This document shows positions 1-7,151 of a stretch of 33,150 nt of DNA, in pieces. The translations under genes and the position numbers were made by a program. The stretch is from Frankiaceae bacterium (GTDB taxonomy: Bacteria > Actinomycetota > Actinomycetes > Mycobacteriales > SCTD01): NCBI GenBank assembly GCA_947479995.1, contig CANKBT010000003.1:1-33150 (forward strand). Direction: 5' to 3'. Each line of letters begins with the position of its first letter. The stretch's first letter is position 1. The notes below the pieces were generated by a model. It saw nothing but the letters and a program-made list of their open reading frames with translations. It did not search any database and had not been told where the DNA came from.

Positions 1-1061
1 ATCGCGCCGCCGGCGGGGTCGACCGAGGTGTCGACGGCCGCGGCCACCGTGCGGGCGAGGTCCAGCGCGACGGGGTCGACGTCGGGGTCGCCGACCGGCG
101 CGCCCGCCGGGGTCGGCACGGCGGGCAGCACCCGGCCGGCGGTGCGCGACGGGTCGGGCCAGGCGGCACCCGGCGCGACGACGTCGGCCGGCGCGGAGGC
201 GACGAGCCTGCCGACCGCGCGCGACAGCGTCGGCCGCCCGACCACGAGCACCCGGTCGGGCCGGTGCGCGTCGAGGAAGCCGGGCGCGGCGAGCACCAGG
301 TCGGGCACGGGCAGCACGCCCGGCCCGGCGCCGGACGACGGCTCCGCGACGACCGGCCAGCCGCGGGCCGCGGCGAGCGCCTGGGCGGCCGCGGCGTCGC
401 CGCCGTCGCCGAGCACGACGACCGTGCGGTCCGGGAGGTCGTCGACGACCAGGCCCGGCACGGCGGGCACGACGGAGGTCCACGGCCCGCCGCCGGGCCG
501 GCCGTCGAGCGGCTCCGGCCAGTCGTCGCTGCCGTCGGGCACGAGGGGCTCGCGCAGCGCGACGTTGACGTGAACCGGCCCGTCGGCGGCGAGCGCGCGG
601 CACGCCACCGCGCGCCAGTACGCGGCCTGGCCGGCCCGCGCCTCGGGCGCCCCGAGCTCGACGAACAGCCGCACCGCGCCGCCGTACAGGCCGAGCTGGT
701 CGACGGTCTGGTTCGCGCCCGAGCCGCGCAGCTCCGGCGGCCGGTCGGCGGTGAGCAGCAGCAGCCGGGCGCCGGTGTGCGCGGCCTCCAGCACCGCGGG
801 GTGCAGGTTGGCCGTCGCCGTGCCCGACGTCGTCACGACCGGCACGGCCCGGCCGCTGGCCTTGGCCAGGCCGAGGGCGAGGAAGGCCGCCGACCGCTCG
901 TCGACGCGCACGTGCAGGCGCAGCCGCCCGGCGGCGTCCGCCGCGTGCAGCGCGTACGCCAGCGGCGCCGACCGCGAGCCCGGCGCGAGCACCGCGTCGG
1001 TCACCCCGCCGCGGACGAGCTCGTCGACCAGCACGCGGGCCAGGGCGGTGGAGGGGTTCAC
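1..1061 (-). CDS. menD: SEPHCHC synthase MenD (5' part; runs off the left edge of the window)
   Basis: Not in the ORF track; translated by hand from GTG at 1061: MNPSTALARVLVDELVRGGVTDAVLAPGSRSAPLAYAL..., then RVDERSAAFLALGLAK and TTSGTATANLHPAVLEA, typical of the MenD N-terminus. Start overlaps the menC stop (GTGA). Confidence 0.95.
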   Translation of the reverse strand, partial: MNPSTALARVLVDELVRGGVTDAVLAPGSRSAPLAYALHAADAAGRLRLHVRVDERSAAFLALGLAKASGRAVPVVTTSGTATANLHPAVLEAAHTGARLLLLTADRPPELRGSGANQTVDQLGLYGGAVRLFVELGAPEARAGQAAYWRAVACRALAADGPVHVNVALREPLVPDGSDDWPEPLDGRPGGGPWTSVVPAVPGLVVDDLPDRTVVVLGDGGDAAAAQALAAARGWPVVAEPSSGAGPGVLPVPDLVLAAPGFLDAHRPDRVLVVGRPTLSRAVGRLVASAPADVVAPGAAWPDPSRTAGRVLPAVPTPAGAPVGDPDVDPVALDLARTVAAAVDTSVDPAGGA

Positions 1062-1993
1062 GCGCCCAGGATGGCCGAGCACCGGTCGAGCCGCGCGCGC
1101 CACCAGCGCTCGCGGTCGGCGGGGGCGCGCACGGCGCCGCGCAGGTCGGGCACGACCGGCCGCACCGGCAGCGCCCCGTCGACCGGCAGCAGCGGGTCGG
1201 AGGTGACGTCGGTGGCGAGCAGCGACGCGGTGCCGAGCCCGCAGGCGTACGGCAGGTCGGGCAGCGCGGCGGCGAGCGCGACGCCGGCGGCGATGCCGAC
1301 GGAGGTGTCGAGGGCGCTGGAGACGACCACCGGCAGCCCGCACGCCGCGGCGACGGCGAGCGCGGGGCGCACGCCGGCGAGCGGCGCCACCTTGAGCACC
1401 ACCACGTCGGCGGCGCCGAGCACGGCGACGCGCAGCGGGTCGTCGGCCTTGCGGATGCTCTCGTCGGCGGCGATCGGCACCCCGCGGCCGCGCAGCGCGG
1501 CGAGGTCCTCGAGCGACGCGCACGGCTGCTCGGCGTACTCCAGGTCGTACGGCGCGAGCGCGTCGAGCGCGGCGCGGGCCTGCTCGAGCGTCCAGGCGGC
1601 GTTGGCGTCGACGCGCACCCGGCCGGACGGCCCGAGCGCGTCGCGCACCGCGGCGACCCGCGCCACGTCGTCGGCGAGCGCCTGCCCGGCCTGCGCGACC
1701 TTGACCTTCGCGGTGGTGCAGCCGGGGAAGCGGGCGAGCACGCCCGGCACCTCGGCCGCGGCGACCGCGGGCACGGTGGCGTTGACCGGCACCGACGCGC
1801 GCACCGGCGCCGGCCAGCCGACGGTCGCGGCCTCGACGGCGGCGGCCAGCCAGCGCGCGGCCTCGGCGTCGTCGTACTCCAGGAAGGGGCTGAACTCGCC
1901 CCAGCCGGCGGGGCCCTCGAGCAGCACCGCCTCGCGGTGCGCGACCCCGCGGAAGGGCACGCGCATCGGCAGGCTCACGACGTGCGCGTCCAC
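1058..1993 (-). CDS. menC: o-succinylbenzoate synthase (enolase superfamily)
   Basis: WGEFSPFLEY, KVKV, RVDANAAW, YAEQP, IAADESIR and VVSSALDTSVG motifs; AGGAG 6 nt upstream of the GTG; men context. Confidence 0.93.
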   Translation of the reverse strand: MDAHVVSLPMRVPFRGVAHREAVLLEGPAGWGEFSPFLEYDDAEAARWLAAAVEAATVGWPAPVRASVPVNATVPAVAAAEVPGVLARFPGCTTAKVKVAQAGQALADDVARVAAVRDALGPSGRVRVDANAAWTLEQARAALDALAPYDLEYAEQPCASLEDLAALRGRGVPIAADESIRKADDPLRVAVLGAADVVVLKVAPLAGVRPALAVAAACGLPVVVSSALDTSVGIAAGVALAAALPDLPYACGLGTASLLATDVTSDPLLPVDGALPVRPVVPDLRGAVRAPADRERWWRARLDRCSAILGA

Positions 1994-2003
1994 GCGCTGC
2001 TCC

Positions 2004-2009
2004 TACTCT
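2004..2009 (+). promoter_or_regulatory. Putative -10 element (TACTCT) for a leaderless menB transcript
   Basis: TANNNT hexamer 6 nt before the GTG and no Shine-Dalgarno sequence, the usual actinobacterial leaderless arrangement. Confidence 0.55.
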
Positions 2010-2015
2010 CGACCC

Positions 2016-2906
2016 GTGACCTTCGACCCGTCGCAGTGGCGCGACGTCCCCGGCTTCGACCTGCAGGACACCACGTACCACCGGCACGTCGAGCACGGCA
2101 TCGTCCGCATCGCCTTCGACCGGCCCGAGGTGCGCAACGCCTTCCGCCCCGGCACCGTCGACGAGCTGTACCGCACCCTCGACCACGCGCGGATGAGCCC
2201 CGACATCGGCTGCGTGCTGCTCACCGGCAACGGCCCGTCGCCCAAGGACGGCGTGTGGGCGTTCTGCTCCGGCGGCGACCAGCGCATCCGCGGGCGCGAC
2301 GGCTACCGCTACGCCGACGGCGACACCGCGCAGAGCGTCGACCCCGCGCGGGCCGGGCGGCTGCACGTCTTGGAGGTGCAGCGCCTCATCCGCACGATGC
2401 CCAAGGTCGTCATCGCGGTCGTCAACGGCTGGGCCGCCGGCGGCGGGCACTCGCTGCACGTCGTGTGCGACCTGACGCTCGCCAGCCGCGAGCACGCCCG
2501 CTTCAAGCAGACCGACGCCGACGTCGGCTCCTTCGACGGCGGCTACGGCTCGGCCTACCTGGCCCGGCAGGTCGGGCAGAAGTTCGCGCGGCAGATCTTC
2601 TTCCTCGGCGGCGTGCACGACGCCGAGGAGATGCACCGCATGGGCGCGGTCAACGAGGTCGTCGACCACGACGCGCTCGAGGACACCGCCGTCGCGTGGG
2701 GCCGGACGATCCTCGGCAAGAGCCCGCAGGCCCAGCGGATGCTCAAGTTCGCCTTCAACGCGGTGGACGACGGGCTGGTCGGCCAGCAGGTCTTCGCCGG
2801 CGAGGCGACCCGCCTGGCGTACATGACCGACGAGGCCGTCGAGGGCCGCGACGCCTTCCTCGAGAAGCGCGACCCCGACTGGTCCGACTACCCCTACTAC
2901 TTCTAG
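2016..2906 (+). CDS. menB: 1,4-dihydroxy-2-naphthoyl-CoA synthase
   Basis: C-terminal part of track ORF 264..2906; likely start GTG 2016. RPEVRNAFRP, FCSGGDQRIRG, GWAAGGGHSLHVVCDLT, GSFDGGYGS motifs. Confidence 0.97.
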   Translation: MTFDPSQWRDVPGFDLQDTTYHRHVEHGIVRIAFDRPEVRNAFRPGTVDELYRTLDHARMSPDIGCVLLTGNGPSPKDGVWAFCSGGDQRIRGRDGYRYADGDTAQSVDPARAGRLHVLEVQRLIRTMPKVVIAVVNGWAAGGGHSLHVVCDLTLASREHARFKQTDADVGSFDGGYGSAYLARQVGQKFARQIFFLGGVHDAEEMHRMGAVNEVVDHDALEDTAVAWGRTILGKSPQAQRMLKFAFNAVDDGLVGQQVFAGEATRLAYMTDEAVEGRDAFLEKRDPDWSDYPYYF

Positions 2907-2910
2907 GCCG

Positions 2911-3927
2911 GTGCGGGTCGTCCCGGCGGTCGTCGAGCAGCTGCTGCCGGCGCTCGCCGACGCGCTCGACGGCGGCGAGCCGGTGCTGCCGCTGCCCGCC
3001 GACGAGGCGCTCGCCGCGCGCGTGCTCGCCGCGGTGCGCCCCGACGAGCCGATGGAGCACCCGGGCACCTGCCTCGTCGTGCCGACGTCCGGGTCGACCG
3101 GCGAGCCCAAGGGCGTGCTGCTCACCGCCGACGCGCTGCGGGCCTCGGCGGCGGCGACGCTCGCCCGGCTCGGCGGCCCCGGCACGTGGGACCTGCGCCT
3201 GCCGGTCACCCACATCGCCGGCGTGCAGGTGCTCGTGCGCGGCCTGCTCGCGTCCGGCCCGCGCCGCTACACCGCCGTCGTGCCGACCCAGCTGCGGCGC
3301 TCGATGTCCGAGCTCACCGCGTACGACGCCGTGCTCGTCGGCGGAGCGGCCTGCCCCGCGCCGCTGCTCGCGCAGGCGCGGGAGGCGGGCGTGCGGGTCG
3401 TCACGACGTACGGCATGAGCGAGACGAGCGGCGGGTGCGTCTACGACGGCGTGCCGCTCGACGGGGTGGAGGTCGAGGCCGGCGCGAGGATCCGGGTCCG
3501 CGGGCCGGTGGTGGCGCAGGGCTACCGGCTGCGCCCCGACCTCACCGCCGAGGCCTTCGCCGACGGCTTCCTCACCAGCGACACCGGCGTGCTCGAGGAC
3601 GGCCGGCTGCGGGTGCTCGGCCGGGCCGACGACGTGGTCGTCACCGGCGGCGAGAACGTCGCCCCGGCCGCGGTCGAGGAGGCCCTGCTCAGCCACCCGG
3701 CGGTCGTCGATGCGGCCGTCACCGGCGTGCCGGACGACGAGTGGGGCCAGCGCGTCGTCGCCCTCGTCGTGCTGCGCGCGCCGCTGCCGCTCGCCGAGGC
3801 GCGGGACCACGTCGCCGCGCGCGCCGGCCGGGTCGCCGCCCCGCGCGAGCTGCGCGTCGTCGACGCCCTGCCGCTGCTCCCCTCGGGCAAGGTCGACCGG
3901 CGGGCCCTGCCAGACTGGCGCGCGTGA
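2911..3927 (+). CDS. menE: o-succinylbenzoate-CoA ligase (short actinobacterial form)
   Basis: AMP-binding motifs TSGSTGEPKG, TTYGMSET, GRADDVVVTGGENV, LPSGKVDR; lies between menB and menA. Confidence 0.9.
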   Translation: MRVVPAVVEQLLPALADALDGGEPVLPLPADEALAARVLAAVRPDEPMEHPGTCLVVPTSGSTGEPKGVLLTADALRASAAATLARLGGPGTWDLRLPVTHIAGVQVLVRGLLASGPRRYTAVVPTQLRRSMSELTAYDAVLVGGAACPAPLLAQAREAGVRVVTTYGMSETSGGCVYDGVPLDGVEVEAGARIRVRGPVVAQGYRLRPDLTAEAFADGFLTSDTGVLEDGRLRVLGRADDVVVTGGENVAPAAVEEALLSHPAVVDAAVTGVPDDEWGQRVVALVVLRAPLPLAEARDHVAARAGRVAAPRELRVVDALPLLPSGKVDRRALPDWRA

Positions 3928-4799
3928 CGACACCCGCCCAGTGGCTCGAGGGCGCCCGCCCGCGCACCCTGCCGGCCGCCGTCGCGCCGGTGCTCGTCGG
4001 CAGCGGTGCGGCCGCGGCCGAGGACGCCTTCGACCCGTTCCGCGCGCTGCTCGCCCTCGTGGTGGCGCTGGCCCTGCAGGTCGGCGTCAACTACGCCAAC
4101 GACTACAGCGACGGCATCCGCGGCACCGACGCCGACCGGGTGGGGCCGCTGCGCCTCGTCGGCTCGGGCGTCGCCGCACCCGCCCGCGTCAAGCAGGCCG
4201 CGCTGCTGTGCTTCGCCGTGGCGGCGGTCGCGGGCCTGGTGCTCGCGGTGCTCAGCGCGCCGTGGCTCGTGCTCGTCGGCGCCGCGGCCATCGCTGCCGC
4301 CTGGGGCTACACCGGCGGCGCGAAGCCGTACGGCTACAGCGGCCTCGGCGAGGTGGCCGTCTTCGTCTTCTTCGGCCTGGTGGCCGTGGTCGGCACGACG
4401 TACGTGCAGGCCGAGGAGCTCACGCTCGCCGCGGCCCTCGGCGGCGCGGGCTGCGGCGCGCTGGCCTGCGCGATCCTCGTGGCCAACAACCTGCGCGACA
4501 TCCCGACCGACGCGGTCACGGGCAAGCGCACCCTCGCGGTGCGGCTCGGCGACGCGCGCACCCGCACGCTCTACCTGCTGCTCGTGCTGCTCGCGTTCCT
4601 CGTGGCGGTCGCCGCCGTCGCCGTGACGCCGTGGGCGCTGCTCGCGCTGCTCGCCGCGCCGCTCGCGGTGCCGCCCCTGCGGGTGCTGCGCTCGGGCGCG
4701 ACGGGGCGCGACCTGGTCGCGGTGCTGCGCGCGACCGGCGTGCTGCAGCTGGCGTACGCCGCCCTGCTGGCGGCCGGCTTCGCGCAGGTCGACCTCTAG
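3924..4799 (+). CDS. menA: 1,4-dihydroxy-2-naphthoate polyprenyltransferase (UbiA family)
   Basis: GTG 3924 overlaps the menE stop (GTGA); GARPRTLPAA, NYANDYSDGIRGTD, NNLRDIPTD motifs; multiple hydrophobic helices. Confidence 0.95.
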   Translation: MTTPAQWLEGARPRTLPAAVAPVLVGSGAAAAEDAFDPFRALLALVVALALQVGVNYANDYSDGIRGTDADRVGPLRLVGSGVAAPARVKQAALLCFAVAAVAGLVLAVLSAPWLVLVGAAAIAAAWGYTGGAKPYGYSGLGEVAVFVFFGLVAVVGTTYVQAEELTLAAALGGAGCGALACAILVANNLRDIPTDAVTGKRTLAVRLGDARTRTLYLLLVLLAFLVAVAAVAVTPWALLALLAAPLAVPPLRVLRSGATGRDLVAVLRATGVLQLAYAALLAAGFAQVDL

Positions 4800-5665
4800 C
4801 GGTCGAGCGCCACCAGCCGGAAGACCGGCGCGCGCTTGGGCTCGAGCGCGCCGCAGGTGAGCAGCTGCGCGCCGTCCTCGCCGGCGCGGTCGTAGCGCAC
4901 GACGACCCGGGCGCCGGTGAGCCGCACCTCCCAGACGTCCGGCTCGAGCGTGGTCTGCGCGAGCAGCTCGCCGCCGCCGGCGAACGACTGCGCGGCCTGC
5001 ACGGGCGTCGGCAGGCTGCTGCGCCCGCGCCAGTGCGCCAGGTCGAGCTCGCCCCGCCCCAGGGCCGCGATGGCGGCCACCGCGTCGTCGGGCTCGACGT
5101 GGCCGAAGTAGTGCCCCTCGGGCAGCACGAGCAGGTTGGCGGCGAACCGCTCGCCGCCGATGTGGCTGCACTCCCAGGCGGCGTCGCCGTACGCCGCGCT
5201 CACCGCCAGGGCGACGGGGCGGCCGCGCGTCGCGCAGCAGCGGTCGTGGCTGCCGTGCGTGCAGACCAGGTGCAGGCGCTCGCCGTGCACGGCCCAGCCG
5301 TCCGGGACCCCCGGGCCGTACGGCGGGACGAGGTCGAGCAGCGCGGCGTCGTCGTCGACGTGGCGGGCGAGCACGCGCTCGCGGCCGGGCCTGCTGTCGA
5401 CGGCGAAGACCCAGCGGCCGTCGCTGCCGCCGCCCGACGAGCGGCGCACGAGCAGCAGCCGGGCGCCGGCGGCCTGCGCGGCGCGCGCGACGGCGGTCGC
5501 GGCGGCGGCGGGCATGCGGCCGGACGGCACGGACTCCGGGCCCCAGGCCGCGGCGTGCTCGACGAGCAGCCAGCGCTCGACCCGGCTGGCGGTCGCCCGC
5601 AGGGCCACCCCGCGCTCGCGCGCGGTGGTGGCGCACCACGGGTCGACCGGGTCGGTGTCAGGCAC
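4796..5665 (-). CDS. Sucrase/ferredoxin-like (thioredoxin-like Fe-S, Apd1/Aim32-related) protein
   Basis: WLLVEHAAAWG, LVCTHGSHDRCCATRG (C-x8-C) and WECSHIGGERFAANLLVLPEGHYFG; start overlaps the upstream oxygenase stop (GTGCCTGA). Confidence 0.85.
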   Translation of the reverse strand: MPDTDPVDPWCATTARERGVALRATASRVERWLLVEHAAAWGPESVPSGRMPAAAATAVARAAQAAGARLLLVRRSSGGGSDGRWVFAVDSRPGRERVLARHVDDDAALLDLVPPYGPGVPDGWAVHGERLHLVCTHGSHDRCCATRGRPVALAVSAAYGDAAWECSHIGGERFAANLLVLPEGHYFGHVEPDDAVAAIAALGRGELDLAHWRGRSSLPTPVQAAQSFAGGGELLAQTTLEPDVWEVRLTGARVVVRYDRAGEDGAQLLTCGALEPKRAPVFRLVALDR

Positions 5666-6809
5666 CGGCGACGAGCACGCCCTCGCGCAGCAGCCGGCGG
5701 GCGACGACCAGCGCGTCGCCCTCGTCGAGCCCGCCCGCGGCGAGGTCGGCCACCGTGCAGGGGCCGGCCATCGCCACGTCGAGCGCGGCGGCGCAGGACG
5801 CCGGCAGCGCGACGTCCTTGCCGGGCAGGTGCAGCACCTCGCCCTCGCGGCGCACCGGCAGCCCGCGGCGGGGCCGCAGCGGCGTCGCGGGCGCCAGGTC
5901 GCGCAGCGCCGCGGCCGACGCCAGCACGCCGACCGGCTCGGGCGGCACGGCCTTGGCCAGCCGGGCCTGCAGCAGCGCCTCGACCTGCGCGGGCTCCAGC
6001 GCGGCGAGCCACGCGGCCGCCTGCTGCAGCACCTCGGCGACGCCCTGCTCCGGCGAGGGCTGCACCGGCAGCGCGTCGCGGAAGCGCACGTCGCCGGCCG
6101 CGAGCGTCACGGCGTCGGTGAGCACGTCGTACCAGGTCGTGCTGAGGATCCCGATCGTCAGGTGGACCGAGTGGACGTCGGTCGTCAGCGCCGCGTGCAC
6201 GTAGCCGCGGGGCAGGTAGAGGCAGTCGCCCGGCTCGAGCTCGACGTCGAGCAGCGGCTCGGCGCCCTCGGGCACGAGGTGCTCGCCGGCCTGCGGCTGC
6301 GACGGCAGCGGCAGGCGCAGCACCGGCTCGTGCACCAGCCAGCGCTTGCGCCCGCTCACCTGCAGCACGAGCACGTCGTGCGTGTCGTGGTGGAAGTCGA
6401 AGCCCTGCGCGTCGCCGCCGGGGGTGACGTAGGCGTTGCACTGCGTCGGGTGCCCGAGCTCCTCGGCCAGCGCGCGGCAGAACCGCCCGACGGGCGGGTG
6501 CATGCGGTGCAGCGACTGCAGCACGAGGGTGGCGCCCGCGGCGTGCTGCGCCGTCAGGGCGTCGGCGTCGACGAGGTCGCCGATCCGGCGGTTGCCGGCG
6601 GTGACGGTGCGGACGGGCGCGGGCAGGCCGCCGCCCTCCTGCACCGTGCGGAAGAACGGGGTGCGCAGCGCGCGCTCGGCGACCAGCTCGTCGACGTCGG
6701 CGTCGGTCAGCAGGTCGGCGAAGCCGCCGGCGGGCAGCTCCTTGGCGCGCGACAGCAGCGGCGTGCGCGACCAGTGCTCGGCGGCGAACTGCGCCGGGTC
6801 GACCGACAC
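5658..6809 (-). CDS. JmjC/cupin Fe(II)/2-oxoglutarate oxygenase, ROX (YcfD/NO66-like) type; true start may be CTG at 6863
   Basis: NAYVTP..QGFDFHHDTHDVLVLQVSGRKRW (HxD plus 2OG-binding Lys) and LEPGDCLYLPRGYVH (distal His); N-terminal FAAEHWSRTPLL; C-terminal winged-helix-like tail ending RRLLREGVLV. Confidence 0.9.
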   Translation of the reverse strand: MSVDPAQFAAEHWSRTPLLSRAKELPAGGFADLLTDADVDELVAERALRTPFFRTVQEGGGLPAPVRTVTAGNRRIGDLVDADALTAQHAAGATLVLQSLHRMHPPVGRFCRALAEELGHPTQCNAYVTPGGDAQGFDFHHDTHDVLVLQVSGRKRWLVHEPVLRLPLPSQPQAGEHLVPEGAEPLLDVELEPGDCLYLPRGYVHAALTTDVHSVHLTIGILSTTWYDVLTDAVTLAAGDVRFRDALPVQPSPEQGVAEVLQQAAAWLAALEPAQVEALLQARLAKAVPPEPVGVLASAAALRDLAPATPLRPRRGLPVRREGEVLHLPGKDVALPASCAAALDVAMAGPCTVADLAAGGLDEGDALVVARRLLREGVLVAGA

Positions 6810-6821
6810 GCAGCGCGCGAG

Positions 6822-6850
6822 CGCGCCCCCCGGCGGAGCCGGGGGGCGCG
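6822..6850. other. Perfect 13-bp all-GC stem-loop between the peptide gene and the oxygenase GTG
   Basis: CGCGCCCCCCGGC-GGA-GCCGGGGGGCGCG read directly; no U-tract on either strand. Confidence 0.85.
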
Positions 6851-6859
6851 TCTGCTCGC

Positions 6860-7084
6860 TCAGGGGTTGGCCGGGTCCGAGCCGGCCGGGTCGGAGCCGG
6901 CGGGGTCGACGGCCACCTCGTCGCTGTCGCCCTGGTCGGCGTCGCCGCCGGCCGGGTCGGTGCCGGCCGGGTCGCTGCCCGCGGGGTCGACCTGGGTGGT
7001 GTCGGTGTCGCCCTGGTCGGCGTCGCCGCCGGGCCCGGTCGCCGTGGGGCTGGTGGTGATGTCCTCGTCGCGCAGGCTCGTCAC
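6860..7084 (-). CDS. 74-aa Asp-rich repeat peptide, candidate precursor/substrate of the adjacent oxygenase
   Basis: GTG 7084 with GAGGAG 5 nt upstream; every sense codon ends in G/C. MTSLRDEDITTSPTATGP-GGDADQGDTDTTQVDPAGSDPAGTDPA-GGDADQGDSDEVAVDPAGSDPAGSDPA-NP. The track's 157-aa version (from 7333) runs through the intergenic repeats and is probably over-extended. Confidence 0.85.
   Translation of the reverse strand: MTSLRDEDITTSPTATGPGGDADQGDTDTTQVDPAGSDPAGTDPAGGDADQGDSDEVAVDPAGSDPAGSDPANP
6869..7030 (-). repeat. Two tandem 81-bp (27-aa) coding repeats inside the peptide gene, each with three D-P-A units
   Basis: Residues 19-45 and 46-72 align without gaps; the DPAG units use different synonymous codons. 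Confidence 0.9.
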
Positions 7085-7151
7085 GCTGTCTCCTCGCTGG
7101 GGGGGCTGTCGGACCCCAGGCCCTTCCCCGTGATCGCCGCGCGACACCGCG

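Noticed and set aside
264-2015. 880-aa MenB fusion protein
   Set aside because: The extension is the antisense shadow of menD and menC; MenB similarity starts at about 2016.
4796-5665. Sucrose-hydrolysing enzyme
   Set aside because: The family name is historical; the motifs are those of a thioredoxin-like Fe-S protein and no glycosidase motif is evident.
5136-7133. 665-aa plus-strand ORF with SEPAG/SPWSASPP repeats
   Set aside because: It mirrors the minus-strand oxygenase and peptide genes, which carry the RBS and the recognisable motifs.
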